Virus record (IMG/VR): IMGVR_UViG_3300042448_000816 | Span: 1-64,000 of that record | Source of the DNA: a virus | DNA length: 64,000 bases | Direction: 5' to 3' (one strand) | Shown here: one piece after another, positions 27,368 to 37,997 of the stretch | Numbering within the stretch: the first letter of the stretch is position 1 | Layout of the letters: every line of letters starts with the position of its first letter | The notes under the pieces: generated by a model | What the model was told of the DNA's origin: nothing | What the model saw: only the letters and a program-made list of their open reading frames with translations | The model's database searches: none | Made by a program: the position numbers and the translations under genes

Positions 27368-28246
27368 TTACTTCAGCACATCTACATATCGCTTGACCGT
27401 CATTGTGGAGGCAATCTTGGCATAGGTTTCAAAGTAGTTGCCGTTAGAAACTTTGCTCCAGTGACCAGCAAATGAGGCTGTAGAAGCGGAGGTGGATTCA
27501 GCTACTTTGCCACCAACAGTTGTAAAGTTTCCATAAGTATAAAAGTCCGTAGCTGGACCAGAATTAGTCCCAAAGGTTTCTTTGTAGGTAGAGAAGTCTA
27601 GGGGCCTGTAGTTCTGGGAGTAAATACCACTAACCGCAACTGCTTCTGAGATGCAAGCTGGGTAGTTAACATTTGTTTTATTCCTAGCATTGCCAGCTGC
27701 AATTACTGTTGCAACTCCAAGGTTCTGAAGAGTAACTATCTGGTTTTGAGTAGTTAGGTCTACAGGACAGGTTGCTGAAGTTTTAGTCCAAGTGCTTTGT
27801 CCACGAGAGAAGGAAACAGCTGTGATGTTGTATCTTTCTGTATTTTGGATTACCCAGTCCATGGATAGGTTGAATTCTTTGATGCCGCCAATGTTTACAG
27901 CACCACGGCTGTTTACGAAGGCGTTTCTGATAAAGATTAGATTTGCATCTGGATTAATCTGTCTAACGATGTCAGCCATAATTGTTCCGTGATTCCACTC
28001 TGCCTGGCCGCTTCTTGACATAACAGCATTTGCATTAGAAGATCCGACTGACTCATCAAAGGTCGTGCCGTTAGGGCAAAACTTTAATGTTAAGACACAT
28101 ACTTCAGCAATAGGTGTCACTTTAGAGGTGTCAAAGCCACTGTCGATGATTACTACTGTTGGTTTTTCAGATGCGTTGGCTGGAACAATTCCTACCATCG
28201 CAATTGCTATAGATAAAAATACTGCTAATTTTTTCATGTTTCTCAT
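27368..28246 (-). CDS. Secreted subtilisin-like (S8) serine protease
   Basis: Signal peptide; IIDSG (Asp), HGT (His), AAGN (oxyanion Asn) and STS (Ser; usually GTS). Confidence 0.85.
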   Translation of the reverse strand: MRNMKKLAVFLSIAIAMVGIVPANASEKPTVVIIDSGFDTSKVTPIAEVCVLTLKFCPNGTTFDESVGSSNANAVMSRSGQAEWNHGTIMADIVRQINPDANLIFIRNAFVNSRGAVNIGGIKEFNLSMDWVIQNTERYNITAVSFSRGQSTWTKTSATCPVDLTTQNQIVTLQNLGVATVIAAGNARNKTNVNYPACISEAVAVSGIYSQNYRPLDFSTYKETFGTNSGPATDFYTYGNFTTVGGKVAESTSASTASFAGHWSKVSNGNYFETYAKIASTMTVKRYVDVLK

Positions 28247-28262
28247 ACCTCTACTTTGTTGT

Positions 28263-28508
28263 TTATAATTTAAAACCAGCGTTAGTCGCTCTCCATACGG
28301 ATGGAGAATGGTTTTCCTCTACTGCATTTTTTGTTTCTTCATCTTCGTATAGTCTAATGATGTGAATGCAAGGATCGCTTCCGTCATCAAACTCCTGCTC
28401 TTCTGAAAGAGTCAGTGGCAGTCCGTCGTGTGGATAACATATTGCTGGGCCACAAAAGTTAAGGTCTAGGCCTTCTTGTAACCATTCGTCAAAAGTTTTT
28501 TTACTCAT
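28263..28508 (-). CDS. Hypothetical Cys/His protein
   Basis: CGPAIC..HDG.P...DPCIHIIRLY motif. Confidence 0.7.
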   Translation of the reverse strand: MSKKTFDEWLQEGLDLNFCGPAICYPHDGLPLTLSEEQEFDDGSDPCIHIIRLYEDEETKNAVEENHSPSVWRATNAGFKL

Positions 28509-28524
28509 ACCCAATATTATACTC

Positions 28525-29055
28525 CTAAGTGGAAAGAATGTCAACTGTGCCAGAGCAAGTTGGCGAGAATTTAATTGCGACTTTTACTGCACCCTCTACC
28601 ATTTTTTCTGGTGGTGTTTTAGTAGAGGATACTGCTGATAGATACCCCATTGCAAATGGTGCACCTGATCCAATAGACAAGAAGTGTGAAGAAAATTCAT
28701 TCATAGACATGTCTGAAGAGCTATGCTCATACAGCTTATCTTCAATTGAAATTAACATTTCTAACTCACCATCTTTTGATGTTTCAATCCACCATTCATC
28801 ATAAAAGTCTTTTAGGTATTTAAGAAATGTTGTGTGCATAAAAACATCTAGGTCTTCTTCTGGGTGTGGTCTTGGTGGGTCAAAGCTATACTGAATCTTT
28901 TGACCTTCCATTGTTCCTGCATACCCAATTAGGTATGGGCCAATAGTCTTAATCTTGGGTTTAGATATGTGCATGATGCTGTCATCCGTGGATGCACCAC
29001 GATCACCAGCCATATATACCTTGCCGTTAGCCTTCAAAGCGGCTATACAGGTCAT
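28525..29055 (-). CDS. Ntn-hydrolase, HslV/proteasome-beta-like protease
   Basis: N-terminal (M)TCIA; GD, K, GYAG and IGSG...AMG motifs. Confidence 0.8.
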   Translation of the reverse strand: MTCIAALKANGKVYMAGDRGASTDDSIMHISKPKIKTIGPYLIGYAGTMEGQKIQYSFDPPRPHPEEDLDVFMHTTFLKYLKDFYDEWWIETSKDGELEMLISIEDKLYEHSSSDMSMNEFSSHFLSIGSGAPFAMGYLSAVSSTKTPPEKMVEGAVKVAIKFSPTCSGTVDILST

Positions 29056-29128
29056 AAGAAAGTCCCCTCTAGATTTTGTATAAGTTCATTATACACTACC
29101 CAGAGGGGGCTGTCAATAGGGTTTTTGC

Positions 29129-29602
29129 TTACTTATCTGAGTTCTTATCTACCTTGGCAAAGGCAGCGTTGATCTCTTCTAGGCTGAGCTTGCCATCGTC
29201 CAAGAAGGATCTGGCTAGTCTTTCAACTACTGTTGCTACTCCTAGAATACCAGCCATAAATACAGCAGAAATTAGGTCTACGCCTACAACTGCTCCTGCA
29301 CCCAGGACAGTAAGTCCAGATGCTGCAAATACTGCTAGAATTCTCCAGAAGATGTTCTTGATGGTGGCAAAGCCACCTGCTACTGCTTGTTCTTCCATTT
29401 TTGGGTTTCCTATCTACTAGTTATCTTCTTTTTCATAACGAAAAATCGGAAATGTTACGATCCATATTAATAGGGTAATTAATATGAGGTTTCCTGTGAG
29501 CTCCTTGGCGGATCCCTCCAGGACAAGCCAAGCAACTACCATACCAAGCAATGTCCATGCCTGCTCTATGACGTCCTTAGCTAATGCTATTAAAAATTTC
29601 AT
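29129..29602 (-). CDS. Two small membrane proteins (29129-29398 with EF-hand-like DDGKLSLEEIN; 29417-29602)
   Basis: Two TM helices each. Confidence 0.65.
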
Positions 29603-30991
29603 TTATGCTCCGTTCCTTATATTTACTGTTGTTGCTATACCGCTTATAGAAATTGCTGATAGTGCTGCTTGCACTGCAACAATTGCTGTTACTACTACTT
29701 TTTCTGAGTCTTCTCTAACTTCTGGACTCATGTCTGCCCCCGCATTTCCAAGAAAGTTAACAAGCTCTGTTGCTCCACCAAGAACATCTCCAAGAAGCGG
29801 GATGGCTGCTAAAGCCTCATCTAGGACAATGTCATCTGCAGAAGCTGCTAAGAACAAGGCATCAAGGGCTTGTTCATATTCTTCAGAGCCTGGCTCTGCT
29901 GTCTCAAATACTTCTAGGGCTGCTTCAATAAGTGCATCTACCTGAGCTTCAGAAAGATCCGTTGCTTCAATTTGATCTAAGTCTATTTCTAAAAGTTCTT
30001 CTGAAGAAATGTCTACTGGTAAATCTTCAGCAGATGTGATAGAATCTTCTTCTGGTTCTATAATAGAAGGAGTTGGTTCAGGTGAAGGTTCTACAGATTC
30101 TTCAGGTTCTTCAGTTGGCGGGATTGCTTGTTCTGGTTCCTCTGGCTGTATTACTGGCGGCACTATTGGCTCAGGATCCTGAGAGGGTTCTGGTTCTGGG
30201 ACTACTGGGTTGGTTGGCGGCACGACAGGTTCAACGGGCACGACAGGGCTTGGAGTAGGTTCAGGCGTAGGCTCTGGGGTAGGCTCTGGCGTTGGTGAAG
30301 GGCTTGGGGTAGGCTCAGGTGTTGCACTTGGCTCAGGTGTTGCACTTGGCTCAGGGGTAGGGCTAGGAGCTGGGGGAACTACGGGGGCTGGTGCTGGTGG
30401 TTCAGTTATTGTTTGAATGTTTAAAGGAAAAACTTCTCCACCCTGAGTATAACGAACACCATATCTAGCACCTGCTGGAGCACTAGAGCTTACTTGGTAA
30501 GTAGGTGTCCAAGTATGGTTTACTGGATTTACTTCTGCAATTAATCTTATATAAACTGGGCTTCCAGAAGACTGGCCCCACGGCAAAACTTTCCAATCAA
30601 CACAGATAGAAGTTGCTGTTGATCCATACCTTACGTATAAATCTTGTCCAAGGCCCCATCCTGGATTCCACCCACCCTGATTCATTTGATTCGGAAAAGC
30701 GTGGTAGTCCCAAGAAGCTATGGAGATTGATGGAGTTTGAGGATAGTCCCAAAACGTAAAGTCACCTTGACCAAAAGTCATTGTTCCCTTTGGACTTACA
30801 TAGATGTTACCATTATATACAGTGCCACCAAATTCTAGTGGGGTATTTAGGTTCATTAAGAATGCTTGATCGCCACCATTAACTTGATAGGTGTCACACA
30901 CTGCAGTTGTAGATGCTTTAGCAGCTGCTGGCCAAAGCAATGATACAAACATTATAGCTACGGCCACAGCAAAATATAGGGTTTTTTTAAT
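29603..30991 (-). CDS. Exported, membrane-anchored protein with a Pro/Glu/Thr-rich stalk; probable AUU start
   Basis: In-frame ATT 5 nt after AAGGAG gives a [13 protein letters not shown] signal peptide; beta-rich domain, PEPT repeats, hydrophobic C-terminus. Confidence 0.75.
   Translation of the reverse strand: MKKTLYFAVAVAIMFVSLLWPAAAKASTTAVCDTYQVNGGDQAFLMNLNTPLEFGGTVYNGNIYVSPKGTMTFGQGDFTFWDYPQTPSISIASWDYHAFPNQMNQGGWNPGWGLGQDLYVRYGSTATSICVDWKVLPWGQSSGSPVYIRLIAEVNPVNHTWTPTYQVSSSAPAGARYGVRYTQGGEVFPLNIQTITEPPAPAPVVPPAPSPTPEPSATPEPSATPEPTPSPSPTPEPTPEPTPEPTPSPVVPVEPVVPPTNPVVPEPEPSQDPEPIVPPVIQPEEPEQAIPPTEEPEESVEPSPEPTPSIIEPEEDSITSAEDLPVDISSEELLEIDLDQIEATDLSEAQVDALIEAALEVFETAEPGSEEYEQALDALFLAASADDIVLDEALAAIPLLGDVLGGATELVNFLGNAGADMSPEVREDSEKVVVTAIVAVQAALSAISISGIATTVNIRNGA
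30170..30400 (-). repeat. Coding low-complexity repeats (PEPSAT x2, PEPT, PVVP)
   Basis: 18-bp tandem GGCTCAGGTGTTGCACTT x2 plus degenerate 12-bp units. Confidence 0.8.
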
Positions 30992-31047
30992 TTTTTCTCC
31001 TTGTTAGCAGGGTTAGTTCTAACAAGACTATTATAACATTTTATTTT

Positions 31048-31299
31048 TTAGCTAAATAGATTAAGTAGTTTTTCTTCTGTTGCAATTCCAGTATGTCTAG
31101 AAACTTCTTTGCTATCAACAAGTGCAATAAAAGTTGGGACACCTTTAACGCCGTACTCAACTGCTGGATCAAACTCATCGCTTACATCAACTTTGTCATA
31201 ATTTATATCTAAATTTTCTGAAACAAATTTTGCGATTAGCGGTTCCATTTGTTTACATGGCTGACACCAAGTTGCTGTAAAGTGTAGAAGCTGTTTCAT
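31048..31299 (-). CDS. Thioredoxin
   Basis: FTATWCQPCK and GVPTF motifs. Confidence 0.93.
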   Translation of the reverse strand: MKQLLHFTATWCQPCKQMEPLIAKFVSENLDINYDKVDVSDEFDPAVEYGVKGVPTFIALVDSKEVSRHTGIATEEKLLNLFS

Positions 31300-33344
31300 T
31301 ACTTTGCTCTCTTGTCTGGAATCTTAATTTCACAGTAGTCTGTTGTACAGTATGATTCTCCAAGTGCTTCTAGATTATCTACACCGTCGTAAATTGCAGA
31401 GAAATCAATCTTAGCAATACGTCCGATGTAGTAGTCATACTCATCTTCTGTAATTTCTGTGTATGGTTGCTGTGGGTATACTGTGTTACCCATTGGCAAG
31501 AATGATACAGCCTTTAGCTTACCCTCATACATATTAAGAACGGATGCGACATGCTGCTTTTCTGTTTCCTTGTCAAAGGATAGGGTTACGGATACACCGT
31601 TGTCTGACCAGTACTCTTGAGCTGTGGCAGCAAGAGACATCTTTTCAAACAAAGATACCTGCTTTTCGCTACGCTTTTGCCCAGACTTAATTGGGAAGTA
31701 TACAACCGTAGTGTTTGCTGATACTACATCGTCTTCACACTTATACCCTGCAGCTTTAAATAGGTGAAGCATTGGGTCTGTGTTACCAAAACGAATGGCA
31801 CGTAGGTAGAAGGCTCCGCCTGGTCCCCAGTGAACTCCAGGTGTTGCACCTGAGAGCAAGGACACTGAGCCAGATGGTTTTACGGTAGTCACACGAATTG
31901 ACTCACGAACACATAGCCATTCAGAATACTTTTTGTCATAGAAACGAATCTTGTTGTATCCTTCATCCATCCAATTTCGTACAGTTGGAAGACCCTTTTC
32001 ATCTGCAAAAGATGCAATTCCAGTTAGGGATGTTCCAATGCGACGGTTACGTTGCATGATTCCGTTAGTTTGCTGCCAGTGAGTTGGAAGAAGTGTTACG
32101 GTCTTTCCATATAGATAAGCAAACTTTAGAGTGCGTAGGAAGTCTTCCTTAGACTCGTGACGGTTTAGGTGTACCTCAACTAGGGTACATAGCTCGTAAG
32201 ACTCTAGTGGCTGTTCTGCACATGGATTAAAGCCTACTACACGGTAGTCTGCACCGTCTGGCTGATCTGCCAAACGTCCGTAGTTACGGGCAACGTCTAG
32301 CCAAATAAAACCTGGCTCACCATTGTCTACAATGCGATCTACATACTTTGAGTAATCCATTCCCACAGTAGCAGAGATAGAGTTGTTGCTCATCCATGCC
32401 CATCCTGGAGCATCTGGGTCATAGCTGTTACGCTCTGGGAAAGCTTCTGCATTTTTTAGATTTAGGAAATCATCATCACCCTCTACACCTAAAGCTAGTG
32501 TTGCGGAACGACGTACGTTTCCAGAAACAACACATGTTCCAATTAGATTAATAATATCTACAATAGCTCTTGAGTCTAGTGTCTCTCCAGCACGTCCACC
32601 AATTACTTTACGAATCTGCTCGTGAAGTTGCTGTAATGGTGCTGGCCCAGAAGCAGTTCCTCCAAATCCCTTGATTGGTGCACCCAAAGGTCTAATAAGT
32701 GAGTAGTCTAGCTCTTGCAAATTTTGGTTTGGTCTTAGGAATGAATTAAGAAGAAGTCTTGTTGCCTCTACCCAACCTTCACGAGTGTCTGGGATCTCAT
32801 AGACTGTCTTTGGTTCTACAGGTGCATGAATTGGCAAGGCCTTGTCTTGTCCAAGGGTATCAAATCCAACACCAATGCCAAGCATAAGAGCATCCATTAC
32901 CCAAGCAAACAATGCACCTGGATCATTCTTGTCTAAGTCTTTTGTGGATACGACAGCACAGTTTTGTAGGGCTGCAGAGTTACGCTTTTCCATTGTGAGT
33001 GGTGTTCCAAATGTCCACATACCACGGCCTGGGGGAGTCCACTTTAAGTTGAACATACGGTCAAAAGCCTCTTGTGCTGACTTCTGAGCCTTGTAGTCAT
33101 TCCATGGAAGACGGTTGTCCTTAGCATGATTCTTCTGAACAGAGTACATACCCTCAATAACTCTCTTACAAACTTCATACCAGCGTTCCTTCGTTCCATC
33201 TTCTTTGATACGAGAATAGGTTCTAGCAAAAGTAATTTCTCCAATGGAGTTTTCTCCCGCATCTCTGAAACCAAATGGTGCCTCTACAGTGCTGTATTTT
33301 TCAACAAAATCTGTTGGTAGGCTGAAGGAGAAAAAGTCGGACAT
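31299..33344 (-). CDS. nrdJ: Class II (adenosylcobalamin-dependent) ribonucleotide reductase
   Basis: PPGRG, NC, GNVRRSA, NPCAEQ.L..CTL and VKPSG motifs; C-terminal CTTDYC; no beta subunit nearby. Confidence 0.93.
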   Translation of the reverse strand: MSDFFSFSLPTDFVEKYSTVEAPFGFRDAGENSIGEITFARTYSRIKEDGTKERWYEVCKRVIEGMYSVQKNHAKDNRLPWNDYKAQKSAQEAFDRMFNLKWTPPGRGMWTFGTPLTMEKRNSAALQNCAVVSTKDLDKNDPGALFAWVMDALMLGIGVGFDTLGQDKALPIHAPVEPKTVYEIPDTREGWVEATRLLLNSFLRPNQNLQELDYSLIRPLGAPIKGFGGTASGPAPLQQLHEQIRKVIGGRAGETLDSRAIVDIINLIGTCVVSGNVRRSATLALGVEGDDDFLNLKNAEAFPERNSYDPDAPGWAWMSNNSISATVGMDYSKYVDRIVDNGEPGFIWLDVARNYGRLADQPDGADYRVVGFNPCAEQPLESYELCTLVEVHLNRHESKEDFLRTLKFAYLYGKTVTLLPTHWQQTNGIMQRNRRIGTSLTGIASFADEKGLPTVRNWMDEGYNKIRFYDKKYSEWLCVRESIRVTTVKPSGSVSLLSGATPGVHWGPGGAFYLRAIRFGNTDPMLHLFKAAGYKCEDDVVSANTTVVYFPIKSGQKRSEKQVSLFEKMSLAATAQEYWSDNGVSVTLSFDKETEKQHVASVLNMYEGKLKAVSFLPMGNTVYPQQPYTEITEDEYDYYIGRIAKIDFSAIYDGVDNLEALGESYCTTDYCEIKIPDKRAK

Positions 33345-33470
33345 AAAGTTATTACCTTTCGAGAGTGGGATAGAAATCTATTATAGCACAGTGTTTTTAG
33401 AAACACAAAACGCTCCTTAAAGTTTTACTTTAGAGTTTTGTAAAAACAAAAACTGTTAACAAAAAGAGCG

Positions 33471-35243
33471 TTAAATTAAATCATACCCTTGTAGATATTC
33501 TTCTACTTCTTTTGGCATTGGCTTATATTGTATCACATTCTTGGGAAGATCCTCTGTTCTTTTTGACCTGTCCCTAAACGTATGAATCTCTACCTCAGAA
33601 TTGTTATCTTTTACAGTGTGACTAATTGCTCCAAAGATTGCACCACAAACAGCATCAGCTAAGTCCTTAGAGCTTTTTCTAGGATGATCTACCCTGTTGT
33701 TTTTCATTATCTTAAGTTCTGTAAGTTCTTCAAAGAGTAATTCAATTGCTGGCATAGCTAGTCTTTCTTCATACATAAGCATTGCCATGTCTTCGTAATG
33801 CTTCTTTGCCACTGATACTGTTTCAGTTCTAATACCCACAGATTTTAGCTCATTCTGTATATCAAAAGACTGCCAACGGTCAAAGCTAACCATTCCAATA
33901 TCAAAGCCCTGTCTACGCAGGTTTTGAATCCACTGCTTTACTTCCGAAAGATTTACTGGGCCTTCAACCTTTGGCTCCCAATAGACAACTGCATCCACGA
34001 TAACCATAGGGACAACCTGCTCATAATCTTTCATAACTTGAACTGATACCCACTTCTCTACGTGAGCAATTGCCACTGCACACTTGTCATGCTTCTGTGC
34101 AAGGTCAGCATGAACAAAGTATTTCTTATTTGGATCTGGGGTGAATGTCTCGTCAAATCTTTTTGAGGAATCAATCGGATTCCTGATTGTCATACAAGCC
34201 CTAACCTTTTCACGCTGCTTAAAGAATGCGTCAGATGCAAAAGTTGGAACGCAGGCAAACCTTTGCATAGCATCTCCTATGTCTGTATAGAAGGCCAGCT
34301 TAAAGTCGTCGATAGTTCTTGTCGGATTTACTACCCATGTTGGTCTTTTTAATGCAAAGACTCCTGGATATTTGTATGATGTGATGATGTCTTCATCCCA
34401 TTCTATTTGAAGAGAATTTCCCTCAGCCTCTTCTGGCAAATCTGGATTCATTATGAACGTATGTTTTTGACTAATGCTTTCTTTTTCAGCAATAACAGAG
34501 TCATACCTTTGTGAAATAAAGTCTCCAGGGAACCGTGGGAAAGATAGTAGAGCTACCTTTCCTAGGTCTGGAAATCGAGAGTCTACAGAAGCACGAAAAG
34601 CTTTGTAGATGTTGTCAGCCGTCTTACCCTGGTCGTTACCCCCACCAATTTCTTGTGCGAATCCAGAGATCTCATCTAGCACTGCTAGGATAAGGTTAAG
34701 TCCCTCATGAGACTCACGCTCAGAGTGTCCAGAGTAAACTGTAATAGCTTTATCAAATTCAATAGACTCTGCTTTTGCATAAAACTTTCCAGCAAACCAA
34801 GGAGATCTTTCTATTTTATTTTTAAATCCTTTGAAGAAAACGTTCTTAGCTTGCTGAGCATTAATCGCCACGTTAATGATATCAATCGCATCGCCAGCTG
34901 GTTTTCCGAAATATCTCGCTGGGTCCTTAAGACAAAGGAGCTTGTATACGATGTAAGAACAAGCAACAGTAGACGTAAAATCCTTGCCAGATCCTTTGCC
35001 AAGCTGCAGAATAACTTCGTTTTTTGTATATTTTTTATAATATTTTGTCCCTTCTTCCTGTCCCATTAAATTAATTAAATCTTCTAGCTTATAGATTTGA
35101 CTCATAGCCTCAACAATGTCGTATTGAACATCTGACAATGGTGGCTGGGCCAGGTAGTCTTCGCCCTCTACAAATGTTTTTGCATCAACTGGTGTCTCGT
35201 CAAAGTTACTATCTTTTAAGACTTCTAAAAATTCATCAAACAT
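33471..35243 (-). CDS. terL: Terminase large subunit
   Basis: Walker A GKGSGKD; Walker B VLDE; nuclease motifs HADLA..HD, FDRWQS and DHP..SKDLADA. Confidence 0.9.
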   Translation of the reverse strand: MFDEFLEVLKDSNFDETPVDAKTFVEGEDYLAQPPLSDVQYDIVEAMSQIYKLEDLINLMGQEEGTKYYKKYTKNEVILQLGKGSGKDFTSTVACSYIVYKLLCLKDPARYFGKPAGDAIDIINVAINAQQAKNVFFKGFKNKIERSPWFAGKFYAKAESIEFDKAITVYSGHSERESHEGLNLILAVLDEISGFAQEIGGGNDQGKTADNIYKAFRASVDSRFPDLGKVALLSFPRFPGDFISQRYDSVIAEKESISQKHTFIMNPDLPEEAEGNSLQIEWDEDIITSYKYPGVFALKRPTWVVNPTRTIDDFKLAFYTDIGDAMQRFACVPTFASDAFFKQREKVRACMTIRNPIDSSKRFDETFTPDPNKKYFVHADLAQKHDKCAVAIAHVEKWVSVQVMKDYEQVVPMVIVDAVVYWEPKVEGPVNLSEVKQWIQNLRRQGFDIGMVSFDRWQSFDIQNELKSVGIRTETVSVAKKHYEDMAMLMYEERLAMPAIELLFEELTELKIMKNNRVDHPRKSSKDLADAVCGAIFGAISHTVKDNNSEVEIHTFRDRSKRTEDLPKNVIQYKPMPKEVEEYLQGYDLI

Positions 35244-35769
35244 CGCTGACAATCGTAATTACCTCTTTGTCTTTTGAAACAGCAGATAGCCTACGCATAA
35301 TCTCGTCTCGTATTTGTGGATGCTCTGAAGCAATGTCTTTAAGAATGTTTACTAGGACGTCTTGCTTTCTTTCAATCTCTAGCATCTCTTCTGCTAGTTC
35401 TTTGTTTTCTAGCAGTCCAGCTTTTTGTAGCATATCAATTCTTCTTGCCTCAATGTCAAGAACTAACTTAATAGCAGCTGTCTTTGCACTTAGGTTTGCA
35501 GTTGTGGTAGCATCATCGATAACCTCATAAGCTTTACTGATTAGCTTATTATAGTGTGTGTCTGCTCCAACTAAAGCTTCCTTGGCCCTTGCACGAATAG
35601 CGGCATTGTCGGAAGCCATCTGCTTCCATTCATTAATATAACCAACGACCTTTTGTCTGGGGATATCAAGCTCTTTGGATATCTGGGTTGCTTCGCTACC
35701 CTTAAGGTATTCTTCTACGACCCTATTCACCTTGTCTAGGTGTTCAATTAGGTTATCTTCAGTTGACAT
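35236..35769 (-). CDS. HTH protein, probable terminase small subunit
   Basis: N-terminal HTH plus coiled coil; directly upstream of terL. Confidence 0.6.
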   Translation of the reverse strand: MSTEDNLIEHLDKVNRVVEEYLKGSEATQISKELDIPRQKVVGYINEWKQMASDNAAIRARAKEALVGADTHYNKLISKAYEVIDDATTTANLSAKTAAIKLVLDIEARRIDMLQKAGLLENKELAEEMLEIERKQDVLVNILKDIASEHPQIRDEIMRRLSAVSKDKEVITIVSDV

Positions 35770-36061
35770 TCTTCTTACCCCTTTTTATTGGCATTAGTTT
35801 AATTCTATCAGATCTGAACGATCTCCATCCAGAAACTACTCCTTTGCTTAATTCAAAGCAGTCTACCCACTGAACCCCAGTCTCTTTGTTAGTAACAAGA
35901 CTATCAAACTTAAACTTTGAACCATACTCTCCAGCTATCTTGATGACTTCTCCAGAAACAAGGACCCTGTTGCCAATTTGCATTTCTTTTACCTTTTCAA
36001 ATTTAGTCTCTTGTACTGGTGCAAGCCTTCTTTTATTCACTAGGAGCTCTCTCTTTGGCAA
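35759..36061 (-). CDS. Hypothetical protein
   Basis: WVDC..RSF..DRI motif. Confidence 0.65.
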   Translation of the reverse strand: MPKRELLVNKRRLAPVQETKFEKVKEMQIGNRVLVSGEVIKIAGEYGSKFKFDSLVTNKETGVQWVDCFELSKGVVSGWRSFRSDRIKLMPIKRGKKNVN

Positions 36062-36305
36062 TCTTAAGAAGTATCAGGTAACCAAGCAGGTCATCAATCT
36101 CATTATCCCCTGGCCAGTCATGGCCATTCTGTATTCTTGAAAGCTTGTCATCAATACGTACCAGCAACTGCTCAACGTTATCAGACTTAGAAAATATTCT
36201 TGAAGGATGCAGGGCGGAGTCTCCGTAAGACCTATTCTTGGAAATTAGCAAATCTCTAACCTGATCTGAAACTCTTGCAATATCTTTTTCTGTTTGTGCA
36301 CTCAT
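36033..36305 (-). CDS. DUF1599-like nucleotide-modification-associated protein
   Basis: KN.SYGDS, VRIDDKLSRI and DLLGYLIL motifs. Confidence 0.75.
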   Translation of the reverse strand: MSAQTEKDIARVSDQVRDLLISKNRSYGDSALHPSRIFSKSDNVEQLLVRIDDKLSRIQNGHDWPGDNEIDDLLGYLILLKIAKERAPSE

Positions 36306-36315
36306 TTTTTAGTCC

Positions 36316-36843
36316 TTAATCTTCCTTGATCTGGTCTGTTCGCCAGGTACCTTTCCATTTTTCATAAAGCTTGTTTACAGAAACTTGGTTCTCTCTACCA
36401 TGCCTGTAGATAGTTTCAATCACCTCATGATCAATCTGAATTGGATGAGAGAACTTATCGCATTTGCTTATGTAATTTTGAGTCCAGTCAATTTCTTGCT
36501 GCACTGCTTCTAGTTTACTAGAAATTTCTGGAATGTCAAGTTGGCTCAAGGTATTACGCTCATAAAGCCCTAGATATGACCCAAAGCATCTTGGCCCGCA
36601 CATAATGCATGAGGACCCATCTGTATCAAATAAACTCATCAAAAGATCGTTATCTCTAATAACAATGCTGTCTTGTAGGAAAATAAATCTATCTATGTTT
36701 GTATTTTCATACACCCACTTAATTTTTCCAAGCTCTTGGCCAGGCCCTGAAACTACAATGGCTGGAACACTTAGCGAAGACAAGCAGTCGTTCACCCAGT
36801 GTGCCCTGCCTGGCGAGGTTGCAATAACAATTGCTTGCTTCAA
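36316..36843 (-). CDS. Hypothetical protein, possibly glycosyltransferase-like
   Basis: FIFLQDS motif; coupled to the cytidylyltransferase. Confidence 0.5.
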   Translation of the reverse strand: MKQAIVIATSPGRAHWVNDCLSSLSVPAIVVSGPGQELGKIKWVYENTNIDRFIFLQDSIVIRDNDLLMSLFDTDGSSCIMCGPRCFGSYLGLYERNTLSQLDIPEISSKLEAVQQEIDWTQNYISKCDKFSHPIQIDHEVIETIYRHGRENQVSVNKLYEKWKGTWRTDQIKED

Positions 36844-37268
36844 TTCTTTATCCTATTCTTAATTGCTGTTGTTGAGACATGCCTGGTGTAAGGAACATAG
36901 ACCAGGCCAATGCCTCTGGCATCTAGCCAGTCTTGACTAAAGCTCATCTGGCTGTAATAATCTTTTTTTGCCCAGTCAGAACCGATGACTATATAGTCAG
37001 GATCTGAAATCTGAATAGAAATTTTTGAATCGGTTCCCCCCAGGTTTGGTACTACGGAATCTACGTACTGACAAGCTTCTAACACTGCTTTTCTTTCTTC
37101 GTATGTACAAGCTGGATTTTTTCCTTTATATTCAAAGATAAACTCATCAGTGTTTAGCGAAACAATAACTGTTCCATCTAATCCAGCAATATCCTTGCAC
37201 CTTTTTAAAAGATTTACATGGCCAGAATGAAAGAGGTCAAAGGTTCCCCCTGTATATACAACGCTCAT
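36840..37268 (-). CDS. TagD-like cytidylyltransferase
   Basis: GGTFDLFHSGH (HxGH), GSDW and STT.IK motifs. Confidence 0.92.
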   Translation of the reverse strand: MSVVYTGGTFDLFHSGHVNLLKRCKDIAGLDGTVIVSLNTDEFIFEYKGKNPACTYEERKAVLEACQYVDSVVPNLGGTDSKISIQISDPDYIVIGSDWAKKDYYSQMSFSQDWLDARGIGLVYVPYTRHVSTTAIKNRIKN

Positions 37269-37420
37269 CTTCTACTTTTCCTTAGTCCAAACTTTGCCAG
37301 ATAGACATATATAGTCTCTACACTTGTTCCACACTCTTTAGCGATGTCTTCAGGACTCTTTTTGTCTAGCCAGTACCTCTTCTTAAGCCAGGCCTCGCTG
37401 GTGTATAGCTTTGCTGCCAT
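37265..37420 (-). CDS. Small HTH DNA-binding protein
   Basis: WL..RY...SPEDIAKECG.S.ETIY..L.KFGL. Confidence 0.75.
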   Translation of the reverse strand: MAAKLYTSEAWLKKRYWLDKKSPEDIAKECGTSVETIYVYLAKFGLRKSRR

Positions 37421-37421
37421 T

Positions 37422-37997
37422 TTATAAACCAAGCTTTCCTGGATTGTTGACCGCATAGTGTCCAATTGCTACAGCATCCGCAACATCATTGTCATCTATT
37501 TTCTTGTCGTAATAAGTGTTTACAAACTTGATTGTTCTTTGCTTTCTAAACTCTCTCTCGATTGTTTTTAGGGTAGACGGAGCTTTATTCGGGTTGTTCT
37601 TTGCTACCTCTAGTTTTTCAGGAGTGGTAAGTTTTTTATTTCCTATAAAATTTTGCCAAGTAATGGGGCTGACTGATCCAAATCTTTTTACCCCAACAAT
37701 TCTAGCTGCTCCAAGAAGGCCACCCTGAACTAGAGCAAGATCTGCAGCAGTCTTTGGACTATTCATAAACACTGTGTGCTCAATTACAATTGCATCAATA
37801 TCAAACTTTTCAAAGAAAGCTACTGACTTTCTTGCAGCATCCCCTACTTTAGAGTAAGTGTCTGAACCCTTAAAGTTAATCTTGCCACAGGCAACTAAAG
37901 ACTTGTCACTAAAAATGGCAAAGGCTAAACTATTGGTGCTGGCATCTATAGCACAAATATTTTTAGGAGTATCTATTAATAGATTAAGATTTACCAT
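37422..37997 (-). CDS. RuvC-like resolvase
   Basis: AIDAS, IVIE and DVADAVAIG motifs. Confidence 0.85.
   Translation of the reverse strand: MVNLNLLIDTPKNICAIDASTNSLAFAIFSDKSLVACGKINFKGSDTYSKVGDAARKSVAFFEKFDIDAIVIEHTVFMNSPKTAADLALVQGGLLGAARIVGVKRFGSVSPITWQNFIGNKKLTTPEKLEVAKNNPNKAPSTLKTIEREFRKQRTIKFVNTYYDKKIDDNDVADAVAIGHYAVNNPGKLGL

Noticed and set aside
26896-27475. 5' extension of ORF 26152..26973 and + strand ORFs 27224..27475 and 27231..27425
   Set aside because: They overlap clear tRNAs or lie antisense to better-supported genes.
33471-35769. Terminase far from the tail genes as a sign of misassembly
   Set aside because: The terminase genes overlap their upstream neighbours in one co-directional run with no visible junction.
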